25,084 bases of DNA from Candidatus Hodarchaeota archaeon (GTDB lineage Archaea; Asgardarchaeota; Heimdallarchaeia; Hodarchaeales; Hodarchaeaceae): positions 1 through 25,084 of the forward strand of contig JAEOTM010000119.1 of assembly GCA_016839815.1 (NCBI GenBank), written 5' to 3'. This document shows positions 1-8,242 of this stretch, in pieces. A program made the translations under genes and the position numbers. The notes below the pieces were generated by a model. It was not told the DNA's origin, ran no database searches, and saw only the letters and a program-made list of their open reading frames with translations. Position 1 is the stretch's first letter. Each line of letters starts with the position of its first letter.

Positions 1-1433
1 GAGGTGCAGGAATAAGTGAAGAAATCCAGTCATCAATGTCTGATATTTTCTTATCAAGTCCACAGAAAAAGCAGCATATACTTTATCGTCATTTAATCTC
101 CCATGCGGTATTGTTCACATTAACAGTATTCATTCTATTCGCACAAATTTTCGTATTCTTTGAAATGACAGGTTCCGCATTTGACTATTCCAGAGTTGTT
201 AATGCGTTTGTCCTTCTATGGGTATCAAGTTTCTTCTTTTATTCTATTTCCTTTTTTGTGAGTTCCTTAACTGTTCGAAGTGAAATTGGTAGGGGTACAG
301 CTGGGCTCGTATTATTAGGAGGTTACTTCATTCAAATGGTGTTAAGTTTTAATCCTTCTTTAGCAAACCTCAAGTACCTGAACCCCATGTACTATACTAA
401 TACATCAGACCTTTTATTACTCGGAGAACCTCTGTCATTTAACATTCTAGTGCCTCTGATTATCAGCGTAACCCTGATAACCTTAACTATACTAATATTC
501 ATAATAAGAGATCCATTACCTGTTAATTTACAGATAAATAAGATTTTCTGGAGAAAAAACGGAAAAAAAGATCGATTAGGAACTAAAACTAAAACCAACG
601 ACGGACCTATATACACGTTATTAAAGCGAATTTCTCCAATTACTGCTGAACAATGGGCTGCAGACAAACTTATCTTTCTGATATTCTTTGGTTTCAGTTT
701 TTTCTCAGTTCTCTCAATTATTGGTGGCTTTCCTAAAGGTGAAGAAGGGATTAGTCAACTTGTTACATTGTATCAAAATAATCCCATTGCCAAATCTATC
801 ATGAGAGATCATTCGGACCTAATAACTTCTGATCCTTTAGGTGCAATTTACCCACAATTTTATGGGTATTCATGGATTTATTTCTTTTTCCTCATAATAA
901 TCGCTGCTGGTCGAATTATTATGCGGGAGGTGGATACTAATACCTTGGATTTAGTAATGGGAACTCCTATCACAACTAACAAACGAATTTTCTATCGAAT
1001 AATTACTATCTTCCTACAAGTATCTTTTTTGGCCGCCTTTATGATCATACTTTTGATAGGTGGAGAATATCTTCTTGATATTCAGTCGAAAATTCTTGAA
1101 CAGTTACTTGCGATCATCATTATTGCATTAACGTACCTGAGTTTACTTACATGCTTGATAGCAATTGGATTAGCCGTTCCTATTCCTCGTATTCGAAAAC
1201 CAGTTATTTATGGATTTGCAGGGTTAACTATCATTTTTTCTATGTTACCGTATTTTAGTGAAGAGCTTAGTATTCTTCAATATTTTTCTCTTCTGTACTA
1301 CTTAGATTTAACGGGATTAGTTGCGTATAGTTACCATTTAGAATATTTGAGCCTCTTTTTTGTATTAGTAGGAGTTTTAATTATTTCAGGGCTATTTATT
1401 TGGAAAAAGGGGAACAAAGTAATGTATATGTGA
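1..1433 (+). CDS. ABC-2 type transporter permease with two tandem permease domains (5'-truncated by the window edge)
   Basis: The frame is open from nt 3 (GAGISEEIQSS-MSDIFLSSPQ), so the true start lies upstream of the window. There are many TM helices. The ABC-2 cytoplasmic-loop motif occurs twice (EEIQSSMSDIFLSSPQ; REVDTNTLDLVMGTPIT), as does the C-terminal KYLNPMYY / QYFSLLYY motif. Confidence 0.8.
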   Translation, partial: GAGISEEIQSSMSDIFLSSPQKKQHILYRHLISHAVLFTLTVFILFAQIFVFFEMTGSAFDYSRVVNAFVLLWVSSFFFYSISFFVSSLTVRSEIGRGTAGLVLLGGYFIQMVLSFNPSLANLKYLNPMYYTNTSDLLLLGEPLSFNILVPLIISVTLITLTILIFIIRDPLPVNLQINKIFWRKNGKKDRLGTKTKTNDGPIYTLLKRISPITAEQWAADKLIFLIFFGFSFFSVLSIIGGFPKGEEGISQLVTLYQNNPIAKSIMRDHSDLITSDPLGAIYPQFYGYSWIYFFFLIIIAAGRIIMREVDTNTLDLVMGTPITTNKRIFYRIITIFLQVSFLAAFMIILLIGGEYLLDIQSKILEQLLAIIIIALTYLSLLTCLIAIGLAVPIPRIRKPVIYGFAGLTIIFSMLPYFSEELSILQYFSLLYYLDLTGLVAYSYHLEYLSLFFVLVGVLIISGLFIWKKGNKVMYM

Positions 1434-1529
1434 AGCTCCGACGGCTGATTCAATTTAGTTCCATCTTTTCAACAAAAATTTGAAAGAGTGTTCCTAGAAT
1501 GTACGTCATAGTCAAGGAAAGTTAGATAA

Positions 1530-2111
1530 ATGTCTACACAAACAGTAAATCACCCTTTTAATTACTTTAGGAAACGGACATACACTTTCCGAACATTTAT
1601 TACTGATATTCAAAAAATAATGAATCATCGTAAGTATATTCGTGAAGCTCATAGGTCTCGACGAGTTTCTAAGAAATTAAGCGAACATATCATGCTTGTG
1701 GTAACTGGAATTAATGAATGTGTTTACTGTGAGTGGGGGCATACAAATTTTGCTCTTAATTTAGGTACAACAATGAAAGAAATCGATGCTTTGCTATCCA
1801 AAGAATTTAGTGATTTCCCACCTGATGAATATCAAGCATTAGTTTTTGCACAGCATTATGCAGAATCTGCTGGCCAGCCCTCTAAAGAAGAAGTAACAAA
1901 GTTACTTACAGAATATGGACTAGAAAAAGGAAGGGATATAATTATTTTTTGTGAAATGATTACGATGGGGAATTTGCTGGGAAATTCAATCTCAGCCTTT
2001 TTCAGCAGGTTAAATGGAATACCACCGGAATCAGGATCGATTTTATTCGAGTTCACTGTTTTTATCTTCGGGGGATTCTTGTTCGATCGATATATGAATC
2101 GAAACAGATAG
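1530..2111 (+). CDS. Carboxymuconolactone decarboxylase / AhpD-like family protein
   Basis: It has the AhpD-type core EHIMLVVTGINECVYCEWGH (CxxC..H), followed by ALNLG...EIDALL and FAQHYAE. Confidence 0.8.
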   Translation: MSTQTVNHPFNYFRKRTYTFRTFITDIQKIMNHRKYIREAHRSRRVSKKLSEHIMLVVTGINECVYCEWGHTNFALNLGTTMKEIDALLSKEFSDFPPDEYQALVFAQHYAESAGQPSKEEVTKLLTEYGLEKGRDIIIFCEMITMGNLLGNSISAFFSRLNGIPPESGSILFEFTVFIFGGFLFDRYMNRNR

Positions 2112-2115
2112 AATC

Positions 2116-2146
2116 TGGAAAAAAGAAAAAAGAGAATGGGGAAAGG
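2116..2146 (-). terminator. Archaeal oligo-pyrimidine/oligo-T terminator candidate
   Basis: A T/C-rich tract containing T runs lies on the minus strand directly after the stop of 2147..2455, between convergent genes. Confidence 0.5.
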
Positions 2147-2455
2147 TTATTTTCTCAAATCGTTTATAACCTTCATTGGTTCAATAGCAAGTAAAAAGAT
2201 TAAAAAGGCAATAAACTCCAACCAAATTTCCAATCCACCTAATCCATTATCGGGGAAGAAATCTGGGTTTGTAATATCATTGAAAAAGACTACAAACATT
2301 GCTAAGGTTAAGAGCAGGAATGCAATCCCGATAATCAGATCACTCTGCTTTTTTTCCATTTTCATGTATTTATACAATGCTAAAAATGCAATAACAACAG
2401 TTACTACTCCGATAAGGAGTGGATGAATTAATTCTAACAATGGTAAGTCTGCCAT
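2147..2455 (-). CDS. Small hypothetical membrane protein (about 3 TM helices)
   Basis: The ORF is 102 aa with three hydrophobic stretches. It has a GAGGTG RBS upstream of the ATG and a T-rich tract after the stop. Confidence 0.75.
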   Translation of the reverse strand: MADLPLLELIHPLLIGVVTVVIAFLALYKYMKMEKKQSDLIIGIAFLLLTLAMFVVFFNDITNPDFFPDNGLGGLEIWLEFIAFLIFLLAIEPMKVINDLRK

Positions 2456-2513
2456 TTTTTCTAGACACCTCGATTATATTCTAAAAGAGTCAGAAAACAA
2501 CTTTGAGGAATGA

Positions 2514-2530
2514 GGATAAATAATTTATCC
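2514..2530. promoter_or_regulatory. Perfect palindrome GGATAAAT-A-ATTTATCC, candidate operator or promoter element
   Basis: It is an 8-bp perfect inverted repeat with a 1-nt spacer, located between divergent genes. Confidence 0.45.
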
Positions 2531-2656
2531 CAGACTTGTTCCTTTGCCCCTATTCATCAACATTCCGACATGTTTACTCTTATAAGTGCACCCACGTCAG
2601 AGTTCTGTATAATAATTATTTCCTACTCTGAATTTCTCACAAAGGTTTTGATCAAG

Positions 2657-3025
2657 TTGACTTATGAACCAAAAATTGAATCGCTCAAGGACGTCTTATT
2701 ATCAAAAGCAATATATATTCTCTTTTTAGTGCTTGTAAGTACTATTTTGACTCTTTTATTAGCAATACTTTTTGGAAATAAGTCAATTCAGGAATCAACG
2801 GTTGATTATATTGCAATTTTGGGATTTATCGAAGTTGGCTTGGGAGCGATCTTTTCTCTTGGAGTAAGCGAAGTCGCGTATGCTTCTCGTTCTGGATTAA
2901 ATCCTGTATATGGCGAAACCATAACTAAAGATCGTATACATTATCATACTACTCAAATATTGACTGGTATTAATTTGATATTTTCTGGTATTATTTTATT
3001 AGTTTTGGGGACTTTTCTTAGTTAA
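2657..3025 (+). CDS. Hypothetical membrane protein (about 3 TM helices)
   Basis: The hydrophobic protein-like sequence is confined to the 3' part of ORF 2510..3025. TTG at 2657 is preceded by AAGGT. The first ~49 codons look intergenic, so the start is uncertain. Confidence 0.6.
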   Translation: MTYEPKIESLKDVLLSKAIYILFLVLVSTILTLLLAILFGNKSIQESTVDYIAILGFIEVGLGAIFSLGVSEVAYASRSGLNPVYGETITKDRIHYHTTQILTGINLIFSGIILLVLGTFLS

Positions 3026-3049
3026 TTCAAACTTTTCAACTTCCTAGTT

Positions 3050-3065
3050 CGAAACCTATATATAC
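3050..3065 (+). promoter_or_regulatory. BRE-TATA promoter of the HTH-bPH_2-bPH_2 operon
   Basis: CGAAAC-CTATATATAC lies about 65 nt upstream of the GTG at 3127. Confidence 0.6.
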
Positions 3066-3126
3066 ACATTCTGGTAGCTGTATACCCAGAGTTTGGGAAC
3101 ATCAACTCTAGAAGGTTACGAATTCA

Positions 3127-3591
3127 GTGACTGAAAATATCCGAAGCATCCTTTCAAATGATGAAGAAGCCGTTTTCAAGGCAATGGATGCGGGTTTACA
3201 TCCTAAGGAGATTGCGACAAAATTATCCAAGGATGATGGGTATATTCGAAAAACTCAGTCACGTATCCGTAAAAAAATCGACAAGGAACTCAAAAAAGCT
3301 GCAACTATGCTTCGACTGCAGTTTTCGGATGATGATATTATGAGAGATCAAGGCATTCTCAAGTGTTTTGATTGGGTGAACAATACCTATGTTTTCTTGG
3401 TATTTACCCCAATGATGGGCATTCTCGCCTATTATACTCATGAATGTTCCGATAATTGCATCACTACATGCAAAGAAACGCTTGATCTAATCTGTTCAGA
3501 ACGTGGAGTTCATGTGGATACTAAGATTCGATCGTTACCAAACAAAATTCAATATGAATATGTATTTGAAGCGATACGAAAGCAAAAGTGA
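3127..3591 (+). CDS. Archaeal HTH transcription regulator-like protein with a C-terminal His/Cys metal-binding motif
   Basis: The N-terminus resembles a sigma-region-4/LuxR HTH (LSNDEEAVFKAMDAGLHPKEIATKLSKDDGYIRKTQSRIRKKI). The C-terminus has HECSDNCITTC. Confidence 0.65.
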   Translation: MTENIRSILSNDEEAVFKAMDAGLHPKEIATKLSKDDGYIRKTQSRIRKKIDKELKKAATMLRLQFSDDDIMRDQGILKCFDWVNNTYVFLVFTPMMGILAYYTHECSDNCITTCKETLDLICSERGVHVDTKIRSLPNKIQYEYVFEAIRKQK

Positions 3592-3597
3592 TAAATT

Positions 3598-4299
3598 ATG
3601 ACACTTCAAACTCAAATAACGTTAATCAAAGGAGATGGGACTTTTTCTCCTCCGAAGACTCGTCGGATATTACCTACAAGAGCACTTCTCTGGAAGTATT
3701 ACCTGAAAACATTTATTGTTTGGGTAATTATAATAGGAGCGTTAGTACTCACAATATTGATTTTTAGTTTTGTTTCTTCCTTTGATAATGAATTTGAGTT
3801 CATTCATGATCCTGAAGTTCAGTTTTTTATCATTATCATTGCTTTCATCGGTTCCATTCTAATTATTCCAATTGTTTTACTATTATTGACTTTTTATGTT
3901 CGGAATATGGAATTCGTTGTACATGGAGATGAAATTATTGTTAAAAAAGGATTATTTAATAAAACTGTCAAATATTGCCCTTTTAGAACGATAACCAATA
4001 TTTCCACTCATGTAGGTGTTTTTGATAGACTTTTTCAAATTGGATGTATTAATATTCAAACAGCAGGAGGTGGAGGAATGGCCTCAGGTCCTGAGGAAAA
4101 AATGGAGGGTTTGTTGGTCTATGGTGAGATCCGTGAGTATATAATCTCACAATTACGTCATTTCACTCATAAACCAGGGAATTCCTCTGAGTCCTCCCTT
4201 AAGGAAATAAATGAGTCGTTTCAAACGAATATACTATTTGAATTAAATGAAATAAAGAAAGAATTTTTAAAAATAAAAGAAAGTGATCTATATGAATAA
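3598..4299 (+). CDS. bPH_2 (bacterial PH domain, YdbS-like) membrane protein
   Basis: Two TM helices are followed by EIIVKKGLFNKTVKYCPFRTITNISTHVGVFDRLFQIGCINIQTAG, the typical bPH_2 pattern. Confidence 0.85.
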   Translation: MTLQTQITLIKGDGTFSPPKTRRILPTRALLWKYYLKTFIVWVIIIGALVLTILIFSFVSSFDNEFEFIHDPEVQFFIIIIAFIGSILIIPIVLLLLTFYVRNMEFVVHGDEIIVKKGLFNKTVKYCPFRTITNISTHVGVFDRLFQIGCINIQTAGGGGMASGPEEKMEGLLVYGEIREYIISQLRHFTHKPGNSSESSLKEINESFQTNILFELNEIKKEFLKIKESDLYE

Positions 4300-4957
4300 A
4301 TTTGGATATGAATTAAATAAGGTGTTTAAACCCAGAACTGCTTTTCTCTATAAACAATTTCTGTATATAATCTCTGGTTTCTTAGTAATAACTACCTCGA
4401 TATTTGGTTTAGGTTTCTTAATATCGTTTTTTTCTGGATTCGATTCTGACCCAGGAGGTGATCAGTTTGGAAGGTGGATAAGCGAAAATTCAGCTTTTCT
4501 GATATCAGTGTATTTTTTACTCTCAGCTATAATAATGCTAAGTTTAGCCATCATTGCAGTTTTTTATGTCCGTGGAATTGAATATTACATTGGTGATCGT
4601 GAAGTAGTCGTGAAAAAAGGGATTATCAACAAGATGGAGAAACATGTTCCCTTCCGCACTATAACTAATATCAGTTCACGCTATGGTGTCTATGATCGAA
4701 TTTTTGGAATTGGGACAGTACAAATTGAAACTGCTGGTAGGAGTGGAAGTCAAATGGGACCAGAAGAAAAGATTGAGGGAATTGATAACTACTTTGAAGT
4801 ACGGGATCAAATTTTAGAAGTACTACGACAGTTTCGTCATCAATATGCCACGACTACAGAAACTCCTGGGATCCACGAGAGTAGAGAACCAACAACTAGT
4901 TTTGAACAACAATTATTGCAAGAATTACAGGATATCAAAGAGATTTTGAGGAAATAA
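4292..4957 (+). CDS. bPH_2 (YdbS-like) membrane protein, tandem paralog
   Basis: It contains EVVVKKGIINKMEKHVPFRTITNISSRYGVYDRIFGIGTVQIETAG. The ATG at 4292 follows AGTGAT and overlaps the upstream gene by 8 nt. Confidence 0.85.
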   Translation: MNKFGYELNKVFKPRTAFLYKQFLYIISGFLVITTSIFGLGFLISFFSGFDSDPGGDQFGRWISENSAFLISVYFLLSAIIMLSLAIIAVFYVRGIEYYIGDREVVVKKGIINKMEKHVPFRTITNISSRYGVYDRIFGIGTVQIETAGRSGSQMGPEEKIEGIDNYFEVRDQILEVLRQFRHQYATTTETPGIHESREPTTSFEQQLLQELQDIKEILRK

Positions 4958-4984
4958 TCTCCCCTCAAATCTCTCTCTTTTTCC
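4958..4984 (+). terminator. Pyrimidine-rich terminator candidate
   Basis: TCTCCCCTCAAATCTCTCTCTTTTTCC immediately follows the stop codon. Confidence 0.45.
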
Positions 4985-4989
4985 GTGAA

Positions 4990-5005
4990 ATAATACCTTA
5001 TAAAA
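4990..5005 (+). promoter_or_regulatory. TATA box candidate for the ABC transporter operon
   Basis: CCTTATAAAA at 4996-5005 lies about 70 nt upstream of the likely start. Confidence 0.45.
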
Positions 5006-5069
5006 TTGCTTCGAGTATGACTAATTAACTCAAAAAGTGCACCTAATCAAGAATATTGGTGATAATCTC

Positions 5070-5885
5070 GTGAAAATGTTACAGATTGAAAATCTGACGA
5101 AAAAATTTGGAAGAAAACATGTCGCCTTGGATAACCTAACTCTAGATATTCGTAAAGGCGAAGTTTTCGGCTTATTGGGTCCTAATGGGGCTGGAAAAAC
5201 CACATTAATCCGATTGCTGATTGGCTTGATTAAACCAACCGCTGGAACAGCCAAGATTAGTTATAATGGTGAATATTATGATATCCATAAAGATATCATG
5301 AAAATTCGTGAACGTGCAAGTCTATTACCACAGGAAGCCGAGGTTTATGAGAATTTGACTGCCCGTGAAAATATACTATACTATGGCCAAATCTATGGGA
5401 ATATGACTAATGAAGAAGTTAACGCTCGAACGGAAGAATTGATTGATCTAATCGGCCTACGTGGTCGTGAAAACGATGTTACGAAAGAATTTTCGGGTGG
5501 AATGAAACGAAAGGTGCTTGTAGCCAGAGCATTAGTCATGGATCCCGACCTTGTATTCTTGGATGAACCTACCACTGGGATTGATATTTTAGGAGCAAGG
5601 ACTGTTCGTAACGTAATTAAAAAGCTTTCTAAGGAAATGCATAAAACAATTATTCTTACAACGCATGATTTGACAGAAGTTAGTGAACTTTGCGATCGTG
5701 TCGGCATTTTGGTTAAAGGAAAATTAGCTGCTGTAGGAACCCCTGATGAACTTGAGGAAAAATTCCAGAAAGCAGGAATTGAAGATGTTTTTGTGGGATT
5801 GACAACTGGTGAAGGAGTTATAGAGGAAGAATTTCTTTCACAAAAGAAACAGACTCTTTTTTCGAGAATTTTAAGGAGACGGTGA
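5070..5885 (+). CDS. ABC transporter ATP-binding protein (DrrA/NatA-like exporter)
   Basis: Motifs seen: Walker A GPNGAGKT, Q-loop LPQ, signature FSGGM, Walker B VFLDEPT and H-loop TTH. A GGTGAT RBS at 5058-5063 favours GTG 5070 or ATG 5076 over 5037. Confidence 0.93.
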   Translation: MKMLQIENLTKKFGRKHVALDNLTLDIRKGEVFGLLGPNGAGKTTLIRLLIGLIKPTAGTAKISYNGEYYDIHKDIMKIRERASLLPQEAEVYENLTARENILYYGQIYGNMTNEEVNARTEELIDLIGLRGRENDVTKEFSGGMKRKVLVARALVMDPDLVFLDEPTTGIDILGARTVRNVIKKLSKEMHKTIILTTHDLTEVSELCDRVGILVKGKLAAVGTPDELEEKFQKAGIEDVFVGLTTGEGVIEEEFLSQKKQTLFSRILRRR

Positions 5886-5889
5886 AAAT

Positions 5890-7230
5890 ATGAATCGAAT
5901 GAAACAAACTTTTGCTTTAGTAAAACAGGAGCTTAGATCAGCTAGTAGAACTCGCTATATCGTCATTAGCTTCGTTTTAATGCCTTTGATCATGTGGGGA
6001 CTTCAAGGAGGACTTCAAATGCTCGTTGGAATAAGTCTTACGTCTTCACAGGAGGGTGAAGTCATTTATGTTGCCAATTTCGATGAAGGTAACCCTTCCA
6101 ACTTAACTGAGACCCCTCTTGGTGATCTATTTGTGGAATACTTGAAAAATGCTAGTACTCAAGTCACTACCACCTACCTTTACAGTATAGATGCCACTAT
6201 TAACGATACGCTCTATAGTTCAACAACGTATATGGAGCTTCATGCTAAATTAGAAAGTAACAAGGAAAAAGCAACTCTGGAATACCCTCTTGTAGTAATC
6301 CCCGAAAATTTTACTGAAGTCTATCTCGCTTTCAATATGACAACAAATCGTGTAACACCTACTATTGAACTATACACACTACCAGGAGGAATAATTGGAT
6401 CTGAGCTTCTACAAGCAGGATTATGGGAAGTCCTCCAATGGCCACCTTTCTCCATAGTTGACGTAAATAAAGCATCTTCATTATATTCCGAGACAATTAC
6501 CTTTACTGGAGAGGAATCAGCTGCTTCTGGATTTGGAGTTGGATTCATTGGTTTCATTTCAGTGATTATTGCTGTGATGGCACCCGCTCCGTTTGTTTCC
6601 ACCAGTTTCGCAGGTGAAAGGGAAAAGAAAACCATGGAATCCTTGTTAGCATTGCCTATTTCACGTTTCAATATTCTCTTTGGGAAATTACTGGCAGGAA
6701 TGGTGTTAGTGAGTATTTTTGCGGTTATGAATATGATTGGATTGTTGGGATTCTCATATGTCGTAGGTATGGCAGATACAGGAGGAGAATTTAGTACTGC
6801 AGAACTTTATGCTATAGATGCAAGTGTAATCCTTCTATTACTCATTGGAATTACTATGTTTCTCTCAGCATTTGTTTCAATTGGAATTGGAATTTCTGTA
6901 GCCTCCTTGACGAAAGATGTCCGAAGTGCTGAATCATTATATACTATGGTAATGCTTCTCCCCTCAATGTTAGTAGGGATGTCTGCTATGTTTGGATCCC
7001 TTCCCGAAGAATCCTTTGGAGGGGCAGGCATGCTTTTATATCTAATTCCATGGAGTCATGCAATTGCTATTCTTTCTAAGGGATTATACCCGCAAACTTA
7101 CTCAGCTAGTGCGATTACAGGGAGTATCCCAACTGATCTCCTATTCCATTTAGGATATCTAGTTGTTATAATTCTAATTGCACTATTCATTGCATCGCGT
7201 GTCTTCGAACGTGAAGGAATTCTTACATAA
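5890..7230 (+). CDS. ABC-2 transporter permease (NatB-like)
   Basis: It has an N-terminal TM helix, a large extracytoplasmic domain, the motif SFAGEREKKTMESLLALPISRFNILFGK and further TM helices. A GGTGA RBS overlaps the ATPase stop. Confidence 0.9.
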   Translation: MNRMKQTFALVKQELRSASRTRYIVISFVLMPLIMWGLQGGLQMLVGISLTSSQEGEVIYVANFDEGNPSNLTETPLGDLFVEYLKNASTQVTTTYLYSIDATINDTLYSSTTYMELHAKLESNKEKATLEYPLVVIPENFTEVYLAFNMTTNRVTPTIELYTLPGGIIGSELLQAGLWEVLQWPPFSIVDVNKASSLYSETITFTGEESAASGFGVGFIGFISVIIAVMAPAPFVSTSFAGEREKKTMESLLALPISRFNILFGKLLAGMVLVSIFAVMNMIGLLGFSYVVGMADTGGEFSTAELYAIDASVILLLLIGITMFLSAFVSIGIGISVASLTKDVRSAESLYTMVMLLPSMLVGMSAMFGSLPEESFGGAGMLLYLIPWSHAIAILSKGLYPQTYSASAITGSIPTDLLFHLGYLVVIILIALFIASRVFEREGILT

Positions 7231-7260
7231 TTTCTTCCTTCCCCTTTTCTTCTTTCTTCA
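7231..7260 (+). terminator. Oligo-pyrimidine terminator candidate
   Basis: TTTCTTCCTTCCCCTTTTCTTCTTTCTTC lies directly after the stop, between convergent genes. Confidence 0.55.
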
Positions 7261-7287
7261 AACTTACTGAGATATCGTGAAATCTAA

Positions 7288-8223
7288 TTATAATAGAATA
7301 AGAGCTACTCCAGTCAGTATTAACAATAAACCGAATAATTCTAAGATTGTAATTTTTTCCTTATTGATGAGCCATGAGATAGGAATGGAAAACAAGGGAC
7401 TAGCAGTCAGCATTAATGAGGTGAAGGGAGCTCCTGCTTGTCGTGCAGCCTCTGAATATAAAAGAATGCCTAATGCCGTCCCAATTAGCGACGCTGCAAG
7501 TAATAAACCAATCACTTTGTTATCTCGGTAACTTGAAAATGTTGAATTACTATCAAGGTTCTTTCCTTTGGATTGAGATTTCCATCCCATAACACATAGG
7601 ATCATGGCTGCAAAAGGGAGTCGTATAGCATTACCCATAACTGAAACTTGTTCTCCTTGAGGGAGAAGTCGTTCTAGCTCGGTAAATCCGATATCAGTAA
7701 GTACAAGAGCTATAGCCCATGATATTGAAGCGATTAAAAGAGTAACTACCATTAAAACATATTTAGAACCATTTTCTTTAAGTGAAAACTCCTCTTGTGT
7801 GAGTTGGCTTTTTGAGATCAGAAGAATACCTGCTCCTATGATAATTCCAGAAATGTAAAAAGTCAAAGATATTTCTACTCCGATGATAAGAGAAATTAGA
7901 AATGTGAAAAAGGGCATAGTACCTGATATGGCCAGAGCTATCGTTGTACCTAGAGATTCTTGGCCTGTAAAGTAGGCAGTATCCCCGATAATTTGGCCAA
8001 AAAAGATACTGACGAGAAGGATTAATAGCAGACTTAGATTAATAAGAGAAAGAAATTTCCACTGACTAAAAATCACTGCGAAGATTATAAAAAAAACTGC
8101 ACCTATTGTTGTTCTAATTGCATTTATTTGCGAAGGGGTGAATAGATTATCGATTTTTTTGAACATTGCATTCGCTAGGGGGAATGTGATTGCGGTAGCT
8201 ACTGCTAGTAATTCTCCAGTCAT
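7288..8223 (-). CDS. DMT/EamA family transporter
   Basis: It has about 10 TM helices in two repeats, with GQIIGDTAYF and ASPLFSIPISWLINKEKIT motifs. Confidence 0.88.
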   Translation of the reverse strand: MTGELLAVATAITFPLANAMFKKIDNLFTPSQINAIRTTIGAVFFIIFAVIFSQWKFLSLINLSLLLILLVSIFFGQIIGDTAYFTGQESLGTTIALAISGTMPFFTFLISLIIGVEISLTFYISGIIIGAGILLISKSQLTQEEFSLKENGSKYVLMVVTLLIASISWAIALVLTDIGFTELERLLPQGEQVSVMGNAIRLPFAAMILCVMGWKSQSKGKNLDSNSTFSSYRDNKVIGLLLAASLIGTALGILLYSEAARQAGAPFTSLMLTASPLFSIPISWLINKEKITILELFGLLLILTGVALILL

Positions 8224-8242
8224 GATTCATACCATTTCTAAA

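Noticed and set aside
1464-1497. Short hairpin TTTCAA-N7-TTGAAA and the words CTTTTCAAC/TTCCTAG shared with 3032-3047
   Set aside because: These are too short and AT-rich, and their spacing differs between the two sites, so they are compatible with chance.
2136-2426. 96-aa + strand ORF
   Set aside because: It is the antisense shadow of the membrane-protein gene 2147..2455, which has the RBS and terminator.
3589-3600. HTH gene in frame with the first bPH_2 gene (possible readthrough fusion)
   Set aside because: Two consecutive stop codons (TGA TAA) separate them.
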